Assembly: GCA_026770705.1 (NCBI GenBank)
Contig: JANJGN010000036.1
Location: forward strand, 1,302,001-1,366,000
Source of the DNA: Isurus oxyrinchus
Lineage: Eukaryota
Direction: 5' to 3'
Length of the DNA: 64,000 bases
In this document: piece after piece, positions 25,365 through 38,999 of the stretch
Numbering within the stretch: position 1 is the stretch's first letter
Layout: every line of letters begins with the position of its first letter
The notes under the pieces: model-generated
Databases searched by the model: none
Told to the model about the DNA's origin: nothing
What the model saw: the letters and a program-made list of their open reading frames with translations, nothing else
Made by a program: the position numbers and the translations under genes

Positions 25365-26710
25365 TGAAATAGAAACGTGGAAAAAAGGAGCAGGGGTAGG
25401 CCATTCGGCCCTTCGAGCCTCCTCCGCCATTCATTATGATCTTGGCTGATCATCCAATGCAATAGTCTGCTTCTGTGTTATCTCCATATCCATTGATCCC
25501 TTTCGTCCCAAGAGGGAATTCTATTGGCCCACCACGCTCTGGGTCAAGAAATCTCTCCTTATCTCAGTCCTAAATTGTCTGACCCATATCCATGGACTGT
25601 GACCCCTAGTTCTGGGCTCCCCCACCATCGGGAACATCCTTTTTACATCTACCCTGTCTAGCCCAGTTAGAATTTTATTGCTTTCTATGAAATCCCCCCT
25701 CATTCTTGTGAACTCCAGCGTATATAATCCTAACTGACTCAATCTCTCCTCATATGTCAGTCCCACCATCACAGGAATCAGTCTGGGAAAGCTTCGCTGC
25801 ACTTCCTTTATAGCAAGAACATCTTTCCTCAGATAAGGAGACCAAAGCTCAACCCAATATTCTAAGTGTGGTCTCACCAAGTCCCAGTATAATTGCAGCA
25901 AGACTTCCCTGCTCCTGTACTCGGACCCAAATGACGCCGTCTGTACCACCTGCTGTGCCTACAGCCTTGCCTTCAGCAACAGTTGTGCGAGGACACCCAG
26001 GTCTCGTTGCACAACCCCCTCTCACAATTTATAATCATTCAGATAATAAACTGCATTCCTGTTTTTGCTACAAAAGTAGCTAATCCTCACATTTTCCACA
26101 TTTTATTGCACCTGTCATGCATTTGTACATTCACTCAGCTTGTCCATATCACCCTGAAGCATCTCTGCAGCTTTTTCACAGCTCACCCTCCCACCCAGCA
26201 TTGAGTCATCTGTAATTTCGTAGATATTACGTTAAGCTCCTTCATCTAACTCATTACTATATATTGTTAAAATCTGGGGACCTAACAACGACTATGCCTT
26301 ATGCCACTAGTCACCGCCTGCCATTCAGAAAATTACCCATTTATTACAACTCTTTGTTTCCTGTCTGCCAACCGGTTTTCTCTCCTTCTCAATACACTAC
26401 CCCCAATAGCATGAGGTTTAATTTTGCACGCTAATCGCTCATGTTGGACTTTGTTGAAAGACTTCTGAAAGTCCAAATAAACCACATCCACTGGCCCCCC
26501 TCATCAAATCTACGCATTACATTCTCGACAAATTCCAGTACATTTGTCAAGTATGATTTCCATTTCGTAAATCCATGCTGACTTTCCGATTCTGTCACTG
26601 TATTCCAAGTACTGAGCTACTAAATGGAGGCTAGGATTTTGCCCACTACCGATGTCTGTTCTATAATTCCCTGTTTTCTCTCTTCTTCTCTTTTTAAATA
26701 GTGGGGTGTT
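25365..26710 (-). mobile_element. CR1 LINE, 5'-truncated RT/C-terminal region
   Basis: ORF 25521-25949(-) YRSREVLLQLYWDLVRPHLEYWVELWSPYLRKD...RMRGDFIE, with RT remnants upstream. Confidence 0.9.
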
Positions 26711-26739
26711 AACAGAACGGCCAATGGATTGTCAACAAC

Positions 26740-29700
26740 CTTCTTTCAGGAGTAAATGCAATTTTGTTCCCTCCCAGGGACACAAGCAGTGAAGGCTCAA
26801 GGTCCACTAACGCTGCAGCTTTCATATGAATGCAACCGAAATCCCCATCCAGTACCTGTCGTTCTTTAACCCTACTTTTATCCTGCCAACTTTCGCTCTA
26901 TAAATGTATTTTTACATTGGCCTCAGGGATACCCAGTGTGCATCTGGTCTGAATGAACGAAAAAACTGGAATTGCAGAGCTGTCATTGGTTTTCAAATCT
27001 GTTTTAATATGTTAGTAACTCGAGCACAGATACATGGCGAAGCCTGCTGAAATGATATGTTGCTGATATACTAAATAGGCATGCAGAATGTATAAATAAA
27101 CACCAATACCAGATAACAGAAACCTGGAGAGGCTGGTTTGGAAATGCATGCGAAACTTCATCGTTGGAATAGCGTGCATTAAGAGATTATTCTTCTGCCA
27201 CTTAGGGCGACATCGTAAAAGTGCTCAGCGAATACGCCTGAATTTGCACCAGTTGGGCTATCAGAACTTCCCGCCCAACAGAAGAAAATTTCTACAACGC
27301 ATCATGGTCGGGAAGAAGGCTGTGAGCTCCTCCCCTTTTTCCTCTCCAATCAGAGTGTGTGATCCTCCTTAAAGGCCAAGCGGGCATAAAGTGTCTGTCG
27401 AGTAAAGATAGAAACCGAACCTATTAGTATAACGAACAACATCATGATAGGGATAGCAGGAGGCCATTGAGTCCCTCCAGTCTAATCAATTAGAGCATGG
27501 CGGGTCTGCATCATAACTAGCATCACCGCAGCATGGTGCCAAACTCCTTAATCCTCTTACCCAAAAAAAACTATCGATCTCAGTTTTGATATTTCCAATT
27601 GATCCCGCAGCCTCAACAGCTTTTGAGGGGACAAAGCTTCGGATTTTCACTCGTCTTTATGTGACTAATTGCATCTTGACATCACCCCTAAACGAGCTAC
27701 CGCTAATTTTAAGGTTCTGCTCCATTGTTCTGGACTCCAGTCCCCAAGCCCCCACTATTCATCCTGCACCCCACCCCCACTCCCGCGCCATCAGAGCAAA
27801 TACTTTATCTCGATAGGCACGATCACATCCTTTAATCATGTTAAACCCCTCGAATAAATCACCCCTCATTCTTCCCCCCGAGAGGAAGTGAAGTCTAGTT
27901 TCTGCCATCTTTTAGTGCCCACGATGGAAAGTTATCTAGATTCATGGCAATAACTATGAAATTTAAACTATGGATTAAAATTCAGTGAAATGTATCCACG
28001 CTTGTGGCAAGAACAATTCGATTCTTTTACCTCTTTATTTTCCCGTTGTTCCCTGGAATCTGTCATTCAATCTTCATTGTTCAAGCTGCCTGTTAGAAAA
28101 TAAAATTTGAACTGGGCATGGTTGGCTACATTTCATTCTGAACTGAAATTGTCAGAAACACTGTGATAAATGGATAGATTGAGAGGGCTGCACAGTTACA
28201 GCGCCTTCCAACAATCACTAACTGTCTACCAGTTCTTGCAGCTCCTTCTGCCAGCCACAATGATCGTCCCCAGAAGGAGGAGCGCCCCCGCCGAGAAACC
28301 CATGGAAAGCAGGCAACTGGACAGCGCAGAACCTGCAACAACAACAAAAAAATCTTTTGTTTAAAAGAAAGTTTGTGGAATGAATTAAACAAGTGGGGAA
28401 AATAATCTGAATGCCTGATTTCACCTGCAGACCGAAATAAATTTTTGCATCTTCGATTCTCCGGAAATAGAGCAGAGATCTTTTAGAACTATGTTGAAAC
28501 AGGACAGAATTAGTAAGAGGTAGGAAGAGGGAGACGAGATGGAGAGAGAAATGAAGAGACGGTTGCCAAGGGAGAGCAGTGATCTTATAGAACACTGTTT
28601 AAACAGGGCAGACATACACACGCACACACACACACATATATATATATAAAGAGAGAGAGAGATATGGGGAATGAGAAGTGGTCTTTCAAAACGCTGTTTG
28701 AATCGTACACTGCGAGAGACAGATAAAGATATATATAGACATCTGTTTATAAAGGCTGAAATAGAGGGAGAGACAAAGCGAGAGAGAGCAGCGATCTTAT
28801 AGAACATTATTTAAATAGGACAAACATAGAGAAATAAAGAAAGAGAGATAAAGGGAGGATGACAGCAAGAGATAAATAGAGCACTATTTTAATTGCAAAG
28901 AAATGTTAAGACAGGGAGAGATGGACCGAGCGTGATCGAGAGAGGAGGTCACTTAAAGATAACTGTTTAACTAGGATAGGAACACTGAGGAAATTAGTTG
29001 AACAGAGGGAGAGAGGTGAGAGGAGGAGGGAGGCAGGGGAGAAAGGGGAAGTGATGGAGAGAGAATAGCTGCAGTGAGAGGGAGAGATGGGGTAGAGAGA
29101 GGGAGAAAGAAGGCGATGGAGGAGCGAGGGAGAAATGCAGGAGACAGGGAGAAATGGCGGAGAGAGGGAGAGCTGCGGAGAGAGAGAGAGCGATGGAGGA
29201 TATTGGGAGAAAGGGAGAGGAGGAGACATGGAGAGGGCGGGGGAGAGAGGAAGAAATGAGTGAGAATGATGAAATGAGATGGAGAGGGAGGAGACAGAGA
29301 AATGAGGAGAGAGGAAGAGATGGTGGAGAGAGGGAAAGTTGGGGAGAGAGGGAGCGACGGAGAGTGGGAGAGATGGGGAGATAGGGGAACAGAGGGAGAG
29401 TTCGAGAGAGGGCGAAAAGGGGACAGGGACAGTTGGGGAGAGAGGGAGAGAGGGTGACGGAGAGAGATGGAGAGTGCTGGGGAGAGAGGAATAAATGAGA
29501 GTGAGGGAGGAACTGAGAGGTGGAGAGGGGGTGAAGGAGAGATATGGAGAGATGTGGAGAGCGAGAGCAGGAGATTATCAGATGTTGGATAAGTGGAGCA
29601 AAGAGACGGACTGGGAGACTGATGGAGAGATAGAAATATAGGTTGAGATAGAGAAATGAAGTGAGTGTGAGAAATAGAACATAAAACACATACAGAACGT

Positions 29701-31595
29701 TTTAACTGAATGGGAAATGATAGAGAGAGAGAGCGACAGAAACAGAGAGAGAAAGAGAGAAAGTGAGAGAAAGAGGGAGAAATGGAGAGAGATCTAGAGA
29801 TAGGAACATAGATGAATGTCCCAGATTTCTTGTAACGCATCATTTAACTAGGACAGAAACAGGCAAGATAAACAGCGGTAGAGTGGGATAGATGGACCGA
29901 TCAAAACATTTATGCTTAGATAAAGACAGAAAGTGAGACAGGGAGAAGGAGAATATGCAAACTGTGAGAGGGAGTTGGAGCGACAGAGAATGGCGAAATG
30001 AATAGAGAGGGTTTGGGCGAGAGAGATGGAGAGCCAGACAGACAAATATATAAATCAGCTGTCTTAAACTGCACTAGGACAGGAAAGTATTGTTTTGATA
30101 GGGAGCAAGAGAGACAGATAGACAGATAAACCAATAGACACATAGATAGAGAATATATTTTATATCTCATTGTTTAACTAAGAAATACAGAAATATTGTG
30201 AATGTTAAGCAGAATGAGACATGAATAGATAATTGTACACAGGCATGGTAAGACAAAGTGGTACAGTGGTAATGTAATCACCCCCTTCAATTTTGCACAC
30301 TGACAAATGTTCCAATGGCATGGAAACATCTCAATACGCTTAGGCAGAAACAAAAACTCAAGAAATAGGAGAAGGAAACCATGCGGCGCCTCAAGGATAT
30401 CTGCCATTCAATAAGACCACTTGTACATTAAATGAACTTTCTGGGATTGTCCTCATTCATTATTCCCTTAGTGCACAAAAATCTATCTCAGTAACTGAAC
30501 AGCCATAACTCTCTGAAGGTAGAGAGAACTGATGGTGTTAGAATTTCAGAAAGCAGATTTCTGAATGACAGAGAAACCTGTGATATGTCAATGAGAAAAT
30601 GATGAAACATGGGCACACATGGAAAGATGGACAGTTTGAATTTACAAAATTGGCAAAAACTGCCATCAGCATTGAATAGATTGGTAAAGGGTCACTGTTA
30701 ATAGCTACCTCTCTGAGATGAGACACTTGCACTGAAAAGATTTTCACTGGAGTTGATTTGAACTGCGCAAGTACGGAGAGCGCTGCTCCTCCAAGTTTCC
30801 ACTGAGAGGCTGGTGTAACTCCTGATGGTGTAGGTCACGTCCGACTCAATTGTCCCAGAATCAGTCTTTCCTTCGGTATCCCGCCCTGAAACATTCCAGC
30901 GGACGGGAAAGGAATTGGAGGACAAGACTCTGATCAAACACAACAACAGGACCCATTCCATCGACAGAATCTCATCCTCCGGCGGGATGAGGAGCAATAC
31001 GGTGAGGGAGCCCTCTAAATTTGGGAAATGAAAGAGAAACCCCATTAACAGCTGAAACCAGATACATTTAATTGCCGTAGAAATACTCATCTCGATGCAA
31101 TAATAATGAAATTTACCTGTAATCACTAACTGGGAGCCTTTCCCGAATATTCGGCTGAGTTTCTGTTAATTGCAGATTGCACAGTACTACATTCCAGAAT
31201 CATTTCTCCGGTTATCCGCAATCAGCAGTGAATAATTACCTGATTTGTCAGAAATCTCGCTGGAGTTCCTCCCCTCCGCTTTGATGTGCTTACCTGCTGT
31301 GTAAACCAACTTCATGTCAATTCGCTCCCATTTTCTGTACTGGACGATGACTCCAGCTATTGACCTCTCCATGTGGCAGCTCAGTTTAGCACTACTCCCC
31401 TTAGCCAATGACTCACCTGGCGGAGAGTGGGTCAAGAGAGGTTGAGACATAACATCTGAGCATGAGAGAAATAAACAAGAGTCACCTCAGGTTATGGTGC
31501 AGCCCATAACCCCGAACTCACGCACCCTCTCTCCTGAAGCTAGCCTCTGACGAATACACACCAATAGCGATGAGGCGCAATCATTAAGACCATAT
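26740..31595 (-). pseudogene. B3 (B-II subtype) VJ-C1-TM IgSF pseudogene: leader ~31530-31595, V 31117-31455, C1 30709-31014, TM 28222-28332, candidate micro-exons 28031-28052 and 27110-27123, terminal exon from 26948
   Basis: V: SQPLLTHSP..AKLSC..NDSGM*YCAICN*QKLSRIFGKGSQLVIT (2 stops). C1 is open: LLLCLIR..FPVRWNVSG..TYTIRSY..TWRSSALRTCAVQ. TM: GSALSSCLLSMGFSAGALLLLGTIIVAGRR, followed by TAG and donor GT>TT. Confidence 0.92.
28500..30200 (+). repeat. Purine-rich (GA/GGA) low-complexity tract in the B3 C1-TM intron; paralog at ~61590-63000
   Basis: Seen directly; it produces the spurious S/L/P- and E/R/G-rich ORFs. Confidence 0.9.
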
Positions 31596-33493
31596 ATAGT
31601 TCATATAAAAAAATCGCATGCAATTTTTTGCGTGCACACCTTTCTTCTTGTTTTTCCAAGGCCAGAGTCCGAGTCCATGCAGCTGTAAACCTGGGAAAAT
31701 CAATGGGATACACAAAAGGGAACTGTTTGAAGTTAATAACTTAAAATTGCTGCTTCAAGTCTACGTTTTCGGACTGTTATATTTTTTCTCTCATCCTCCC
31801 TTCGTTTACTGTTCTTCTCTGCTGACTTTGGGCATGTTATTTTGTTCCAGAGATTATAACTCACTCTAAAGATCCACTTGAAACTCGCTCCTCTTCTCAA
31901 TCGCCAATAATATTGATGGAGCCAAATCGCATATTTTATCCCATGGGAGGTTACATTTCGGATTCATTCCATTTATTCTTTCTGACCGATGCACACTCTC
32001 CACGTTGTTGAAAACATTCGTTCTATTTTTACATCGAACTTGATAACTGAATTGCATCTCATAGACACCCTTAGCGCATTTGGAGGCCATCCAGCCCTTC
32101 AGGATGATGGCACTTTGAGAGATCTATTCAGTTATCCCCTATTCTGCCCCCCTCTACTTACCGCATATCCCTGCAAATGCTTCCCTTTCAATTATGTATT
32201 CAATTTCCCTTTTGAAAGTTCCTTTTGCATCTGATCCTGCCATATTTTCAGGCAATGACTTCCAGATAACAGCAAGTCACTTAGTTTAAAGAAAAAGTCT
32301 TCTCGTCCCTCTCCGTCCCCACCCCTCTTTGTTTGACGATTCTCTTCAATCTGTGTCCCTTTGGTTACCGTGTCTCCTGCCAATGGAAACAGTTTCACCT
32401 TACGTACTCTATCCCAACCCTTCTCAGCTCTATCTGAACATGTTAAAATATCTGACCCTGGAAGAGATGGGGCAATGCAAACACAACGAGGAAGCTCATT
32501 GCCCGTGATTTCAGACGGTCAGACTGTGAGCCCTTGATCCGAACTTCATTCAGAACTCGTTCTCCTTTCGGTGTGAAGGAGGTGTGAACTATGCAGACTG
32601 AACTGCGTTCTGTGTTTATTCATAGATTCACGATAGGTGTTGAAAAATGGTGCCGAGTTAGAGAGCTCTCTGCGGTTTTCCTGTTTATTGCAGGTCCAAG
32701 TGCTGTCACACTCTCATCATCTGCTTCAAAAAATATTCCAGTTATGTACACATATTAGTTAGACCACAGTTGGACAGAACACCGCTCTCCATATTCTAGA
32801 AAGGATGCAGAGGCACTGGAAAAGGTACAAACAATGTTTCACAAGGATGATATGGGAACTGGGAGCTTATAAATATCAGGAAAGAATGAACTGGATGGAA
32901 CTCTTTAATGCAAAAAAGGTGATGATTGAGGGGTGAACTGATCGAGCTCTTTAAAATTCTGAAATGGTTCATTGAGACGCACTGAATGAAGGTGACTCTA
33001 CTTCTGCAGAATTTCAACAATGTTGGCAATCAATAAAACTGGAAACGCAGAGAATTCAAAAATAAGACTCTCCATTGTAAGACAAAGATGAGAAGTTATT
33101 TTTCACGCAAAGGGTCTTTGATGTGTGCAATTCTCCTCCCCAGAAAGGAGACGTAGCTGGCCCTTTGAATTTGTTCAAGGCCGTGTTAGACAGGTTTTTG
33201 TTCGGCCCCCTATCTCCCCCCGAACGACATGCCATTAAAGTTACTTGTAAACATGCTGCCACTTGGCCGCTGTGAAGCACAGACAGTGACCACAGTAAGT
33301 CAAATGCATGCGGTAGACACCAGTGCGCCACACCCAAAATAGAGTCACACTTTCAATAGCATAGCTTGTCATGTTTCCACCGCATCTCAAAGTGGAGCTA
33401 CTGACTGGGACTGAGGTCATGTCACTCTGCGTGCATTCCGCCTGCAATACCAAGCTGGTGAGAGCGAAAACAGGGAGAACTCACCCCGTCAAG

Positions 33494-36400
33494 ACACCCA
33501 AGCGACCTTTATCTATGACAATTATTTTCCAAGTGCTGCGACTTGGTGGTAAGTAAGAAATGGGTGAGAATTGTAAACTGGAATCTGCCATGATCAGTGT
33601 TAGTAAGCTTAAAATGTTACCCAGTGACCAGGTGAAGGGATTTGATCTGATCCTGTGAGTTTATTAATTTGTCCATCGTATAAGGTGAAGAAAATCAAAT
33701 GAGAGACTTAATTGAACCAATGATAGTTAAACATAATAATGTGATTGTTCTTAAATTAATTGCAATGTCTTTCAAAGGGGCTGCTTCCTGCCCCTCAATA
33801 ACCAGTGATAATGAAACTATAATCTTTTTACTTATAGAATCCCAGTACGAGTGAGGCGGACACAACTGACAGCATCAGAAATCACATCATGGTATCGTTT
33901 GGAACCCGGGGAACGGGTGGCCTGTCTACTCATATCGTTCAACTGGGGTCTCCAAATAAACATTGGACTAAAAACGTATATTCCCTAAAGCTTCAGAGAC
34001 AGGGGCAGGTGAGTTGCTGATTTGTTTAATGGAGGGTTTTAATTCATGGGATCAGTTGAAGGAATTCAATAGATTCTAAGAATCTGTCTCCTAATTAAGC
34101 ACTTCCACGGGATAAACAGGTAACAATGGATACATATAAAGTTATNNNNNNNNNNNNNNNNNNNNNNNNNNNNNNNNNNNNNNNNNNNNNNNNNNNNNNN
34201 NNNNNNNNNNNNNNNNNNNNNNNNNNNNNNNNNNNNNNNNNNNNNNNNNNNNNNNNNNNNNNNNNNNNNNNNNNNNNNNNNNNNNNNNNNNNNNNNNNNN
34301 NNNNNNNNNNNNNNNNNNNNNNNNNNNNNNNNNNNNNNNNNNNNNNNNNNNNNNNNNNNNNGAGTTATTGTGTGTGTAAACGTGTGTGCGTGTGTCTGAC
34401 TGTTCATACATATATGTGTGCATATATGTGTTTGCATTTACATCTGTACATGTGTGTGGGCGCGCGTTTATATATGTGCATGTGCATTTGTCTCTCTATA
34501 CACACTGCATATGTTATAATAATACTTATGTACGAATGCGTTTATGTGTGTATACCATTTATTAAAAAGCGCATCCAATAATTTGAAATAAATTAGAGAT
34601 GTCCTCTGTCCGAGAGGGAGACTTCGCCTTGTGAGCACGTTCTGATCTCGCCCTAAGCTCCTGTGTGACACCTTAGTATCATAGAGTGATACAGCACAGA
34701 AAGAGGATATTCAGTTAATCACACTTTTTCACAATAATCCTACTACATGTTCCAATTCATCATATTCTATATAGTAATCCGGTTTCCCCCAGTGAAGTTA
34801 TTACATAATATGTTTTCTCCGTTCTTTCAGGCAGTGGAAGAAGACAAGGTTTAAGATTCGTTCCCCACAAAATGGCCTTATGAGCAGAAAGCAGTCAAGG
34901 GATGAGTTGAGAAGAGAAGAGACGCAATGGGTCTGCAGGGATGTAGCCCTCGCTCAATTACCCCCGTAACCTTCCTCATTTCCTAGAATCTCCCTTATCA
35001 ATCTGCATTTTCCTGGTAATATCCAGTTTAGGTCGTATTAATTGGTGATTTCAGCAGTCGGATTTAACATTAACCTCCGTGTGGTGAAGCTGGTTTAAAA
35101 TGGAATTGATCGAGTTGAATCCGCATCAGGCAGATAGCACATGGAAATTAATTTCTGACAGTGGCAGGGCAAGTTGAGGTGGCGGGTAAAAGAAATAGGG
35201 AGACCGCAGCTTCATTAAAACAGGAAACAAATAGAAGAGGAAATTGCACTCTATAAAGCTCTGGTCAGAGCCCAGCTGGAGTATTGTCTCCAATTCTGGT
35301 CGCCATATTCAGGGAAGATGTCAGGGGCTTGGAGAGTGTGCAGAGGACATTCATCAAGATGGAGCCCGGGATGAGAGATTTCCTTTAAGGTGGAGAGGCT
35401 GGGGAATCTGAAATCGTTCTCCTTAGAGCAGAAAAGGTTTATGGAAAATTTAGCATTGTTGACCGAAATTGTAAATTGTTTTGATAGAGTTAATACGGAG
35501 AAACTGCTTCCACAGACAGAGAACCAAAGTGGGAAACATGATGGGTTTTCTTTACACAAATAGGTGCCACAGAGATGATGTGCCGAACTGCCTCCTTGTC
35601 GATTGATTCATTCTATGAATCTACAATTCAGTTTCCAGGTAGACATTCGTATGATATTTTCATACTGATACATTATAATTTTGGAACAACCCTGACAGTG
35701 TTGTCCGCCAATTGATCTCAATTCGAAAAGCAATTGCTTAATTTATTTCATTCTGTGCGTCCACTCGACGCTATCTGTCCCAGTGGCTGTTTGAGGCATG
35801 GACTTTTAACTGAGACACGTTTCTCATGAGACATCCTAGGAAACAATGGTTTGACTGAGCAGCAGTTTCTAATTGCTTTGTCTCTGTAGGATGGTGCATT
35901 CCGACCCTTAATATTGTCAGAATGGTGGTGGCGATCTCAGTTCTACACGTGATCCTCATTTTCATTGGGACACATAAAAGCGGCAGATCAGTTGAGGATC
36001 AATGTTTATCAGGGACATGTTCATAACCGGTTGTCCAATGTGAGTCCCTTTCGCAGATTTAAATTGCTAATTACATTATTTTTTAAATTTTTAATTTTTT
36101 TAAATAATTAAATTATTTTTTTCAGAAGAACGAGACAATGGATCCCACAATGAAAAGTGAGCGAGTGCACCACATGAAACGTTTATCGAGAAAAAACTCT
36201 CTACATCTAATACTCTGTACAACCCAGTTCAAACCCAACACTGATTCCAATGATTAATGCTAAGATTTTACATGATTTACCATGATTGATTCTAAAACCT
36301 CAGGGCAATTTCTCTCTCAATTATTTCTGGTGCCTGGGTAGATATTTACAAAATCTCACACCTGCTTGATATTTTTGTTCGAATCCTGGTTAGCTTGAGA

Positions 36401-37780
36401 GAGAAAGAGAAGGCAAAAAGACATGCGGAATGAATAACAAAGGAGTCAGTTGGACTAAACATTTTGTGCAGATTAAATATTAAGTGAGGCAAATTCAAGA
36501 GAGTAATAAATGCATTTCCCACCATCAAGATATTCTGAAGTCACTCTCCGTCCTTTTGGTCCCATATAAAATACTAATGTTTGAGACTGCAGGAAAAGTA
36601 TAGGCTGGAGTTCCTCAGGGCTAGGATTTTAGGACTCGGACTTTTCCTGATCCATATTACCAACCAAGGCATGGGTGTAATGCAAAGAACTTCAAAATTA
36701 GCGGTTGACATCAAAAACTTGGAAGTTTTGTGACCTTGAGGAGGAGAGTTATAGGCTACATGGGGAAAAATAAAGAATGGTGGAATGGGCTGACAACTGG
36801 CAGGTTACATTTAATGCGCCGAAGTGTGAAATTACACATTTTGTTTGGAAAAACGAGGAGAGATAATATAAAACAAAGGATACGATTGTAAAAGGGATGC
36901 AGGAACAGAATCATCTGGTTGTAAATGTGCTCAAATCATTTAAGGTAACAGAATACGTTGACTGAGTAGTTAGTAAAGTGTAGGGGTTTCAGGTTTTTAA
37001 TAATATGGATATAGAGAGCAAAGGCACAAAGTTGAAATGAACCTCCATAAAAAGATTGAGTTCGGCCTCATCTGGTGTATTTTGTCCCGTTCTGGCCACC
37101 AGACATTGGCGAGGATGTGAAGGCTTTAGGGAATATGCAGACAAGATTGTTGAGAAGGTTCCAAGGATCAGGAAATTTCAGTTAAAAAGGTTGTCTGGAG
37201 AAACTGGTGCTGTTTTGTTGGGAGAGGAGAAGTTTTCGAGGAGAGTTATTAGAGATATTCAAAATCATGAATGTCTGGAGACAGTGGATGGGTAGAGACT
37301 ATTGCCATTGTTGGAAAGTTCTGGAATGAGGAAATTGGATAATTGTGAGATGATATAAAGACAATTCAGTTTCCAGGGCGATGGGGAAAAGGCAGGTATG
37401 GGTAGTGGGTGAACTATGTGTGTTCCTCTTTCAGAGACAGTTGAAGGACACAAGAAGCCGAATTGACTGCTCCTGTGCTGTAACCATCAGATGAGTCTAA
37501 AATTGGCAATATTGTATCAGGCATGGCCACTGCGGGGATGGGGGAGCCGGAGGTGGTTGGTTTGTGGACATTGTCCATCCATTGTCTAGTTGGGGAAGTA
37601 ATGCAATATTGGAGAAACATCGGCGAATTGGAGAATATTAGCATATTTTTCATTCAGTGTCTGTGATTGATTATAGCTTATCTAGACTGATATGAAATTT
37701 CAATTCATACCTAAACCATTGTTGCAAAGGTGAAAACCGTCAGACAGAGGTGAAGCGAGACATCAGGGTGCAAAAGAAGT
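33494..37780 (+). pseudogene. A3: pseudogene paralog of A1 with an internal V/C1 deletion (leader 33494-33548, fused exon 33838-34008, TM 35890-35991, tail exons ~36126-36156, ~36390-36445, ~37727-37778)
   Basis: Start ATG>ACA. The V-exon acceptor is joined to the 3' half of C1. TM GWCIPTLNIVRMVVAISVLHVILIFIG has donor GT>TT. Tail exons are homologous to A1 exons 5-7. Confidence 0.88.
36590..37485 (+). mobile_element. CR1 LINE fragment in an A3 intron
   Basis: ggagttcctcagggc..., gaatgggctgacaactggcagg..tttaatg..aagtgtgaa are CR1 RT remnants (GVPQG, WADNWQ..FN..KC). Confidence 0.8.
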
Positions 37781-38999
37781 GAGCTTATATGGCTGTTGGA
37801 ATTATACAAGAAACTTCATTTTTGTGGTAAAGTGCAACGCGCCCCAAGGTGGACATGACACGCAGTGAACAGCTGGTCACAATCTAGAGCAATTGAATTT
37901 GCGTCAAATCCTACTCAGCCCTCTAACTGGAATAATAACATCCCGCGGCCCTCTCCCACTTTGATAATTCAAATAATAGGTTAATGTTCTAGGTTGAATA
38001 TCTCTATAAGTCTCCATTGCGGATTCCCAGCAGTTTCTAGTTCAGATCTCCAGCTTTCTGCTTTTCTTTAAATTCTGTTTAACTCTGCATTCGTTTACAG
38101 CATTAGAGCACAGCAGGAGAGGGACGCGAATAGTGATGCCGTAAACCTCTGATGTTTCCATGTTGCTTTTATACAGTGTGCTTTGGTTTGTGTTAAAATT
38201 GAAACCAACATCTAAGAGCCATACGGTGAGTGCAGTGTGTTTTGGCGGTAGAGATGACTTTGGATCACGGCTGTACATCACTGAAGCAGTTTGTCGCCTC
38301 ATATGTGAGACTGATGTGGACAAATTGTCATTAATGTATTGCCATGATAAGCCATTTATCATTGCAACATTGAAATACTTGGATCGTGGAATATAATCCA
38401 GCTGGAATTAAATTTTTTTCTATCTAGATAATTACATTTCCTAATTCCACGTTTGCACATCTTTGCAAAAAGATATCCATGTATTCCTGAAAATAGAGAT
38501 TATTTGCCGAAGCTTTTCAACTTTCACTCATCAGGACAATTCACACGAGAATGTAAAAGTCAGGGAGAAGAGAAAAACACAATCTGAGAAGAAAGCGTTG
38601 TTTTATTGGCAAGTGGGGTCTGATTTGCGGAGGCATTGCCTTGGAGAATGCAACAGTTGATGGTGACCTACAGTAAACTTGCAAGCATTGTTTGAAAGTT
38701 TTGCCAAGCAATTTGACTCTGATTGGCCAAAACATTGTCCTGATGAATAATCCAATGAATGGCTGACGCTTATTTTGTGTAGGTGAAAAAGGCACAATGT
38801 GTATACAAGTTCTTTCCGGCTGCAAAGAATAAGTCCCCGTGTGTTAATATACGTAGATCCAAGTGCACGCAAATGCACACAACTCTGAGCCCAACTTAAT
38901 ATCTTAGACTGGTTGTCAGCATAATTCGTAGCACCCTGAGGATTCTTTAGCAAAAGTTGTCCGATCACGGGATGACTTTTAATTTTTGACACTGTGTTT

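Noticed and set aside
28906-29843. Long ORFs of 107-290 aa (also near 61900-62500)
   Set aside because: Artefacts of purine/pyrimidine low-complexity intron sequence.
4778-31455. Rearranging Ig/TCR locus with recombination signal sequences
   Set aside because: V exons run through a J-like strand straight to a splice donor. Scattered CACAGTG heptamers (e.g. ~9644, ~10797, ~12741) have no spaced nonamer that I could see and do not flank V, D or J segments.
7812-34581. ORFs spanning N-runs
   Set aside because: Open only because the assembly gaps contain no stops.
38160-38396. ORF with a perfect ITIM-like LLYSVL downstream of A3
   Set aside because: No homology to the A1 last exon, an upstream in-frame stop, and no compatible acceptor; probably chance.
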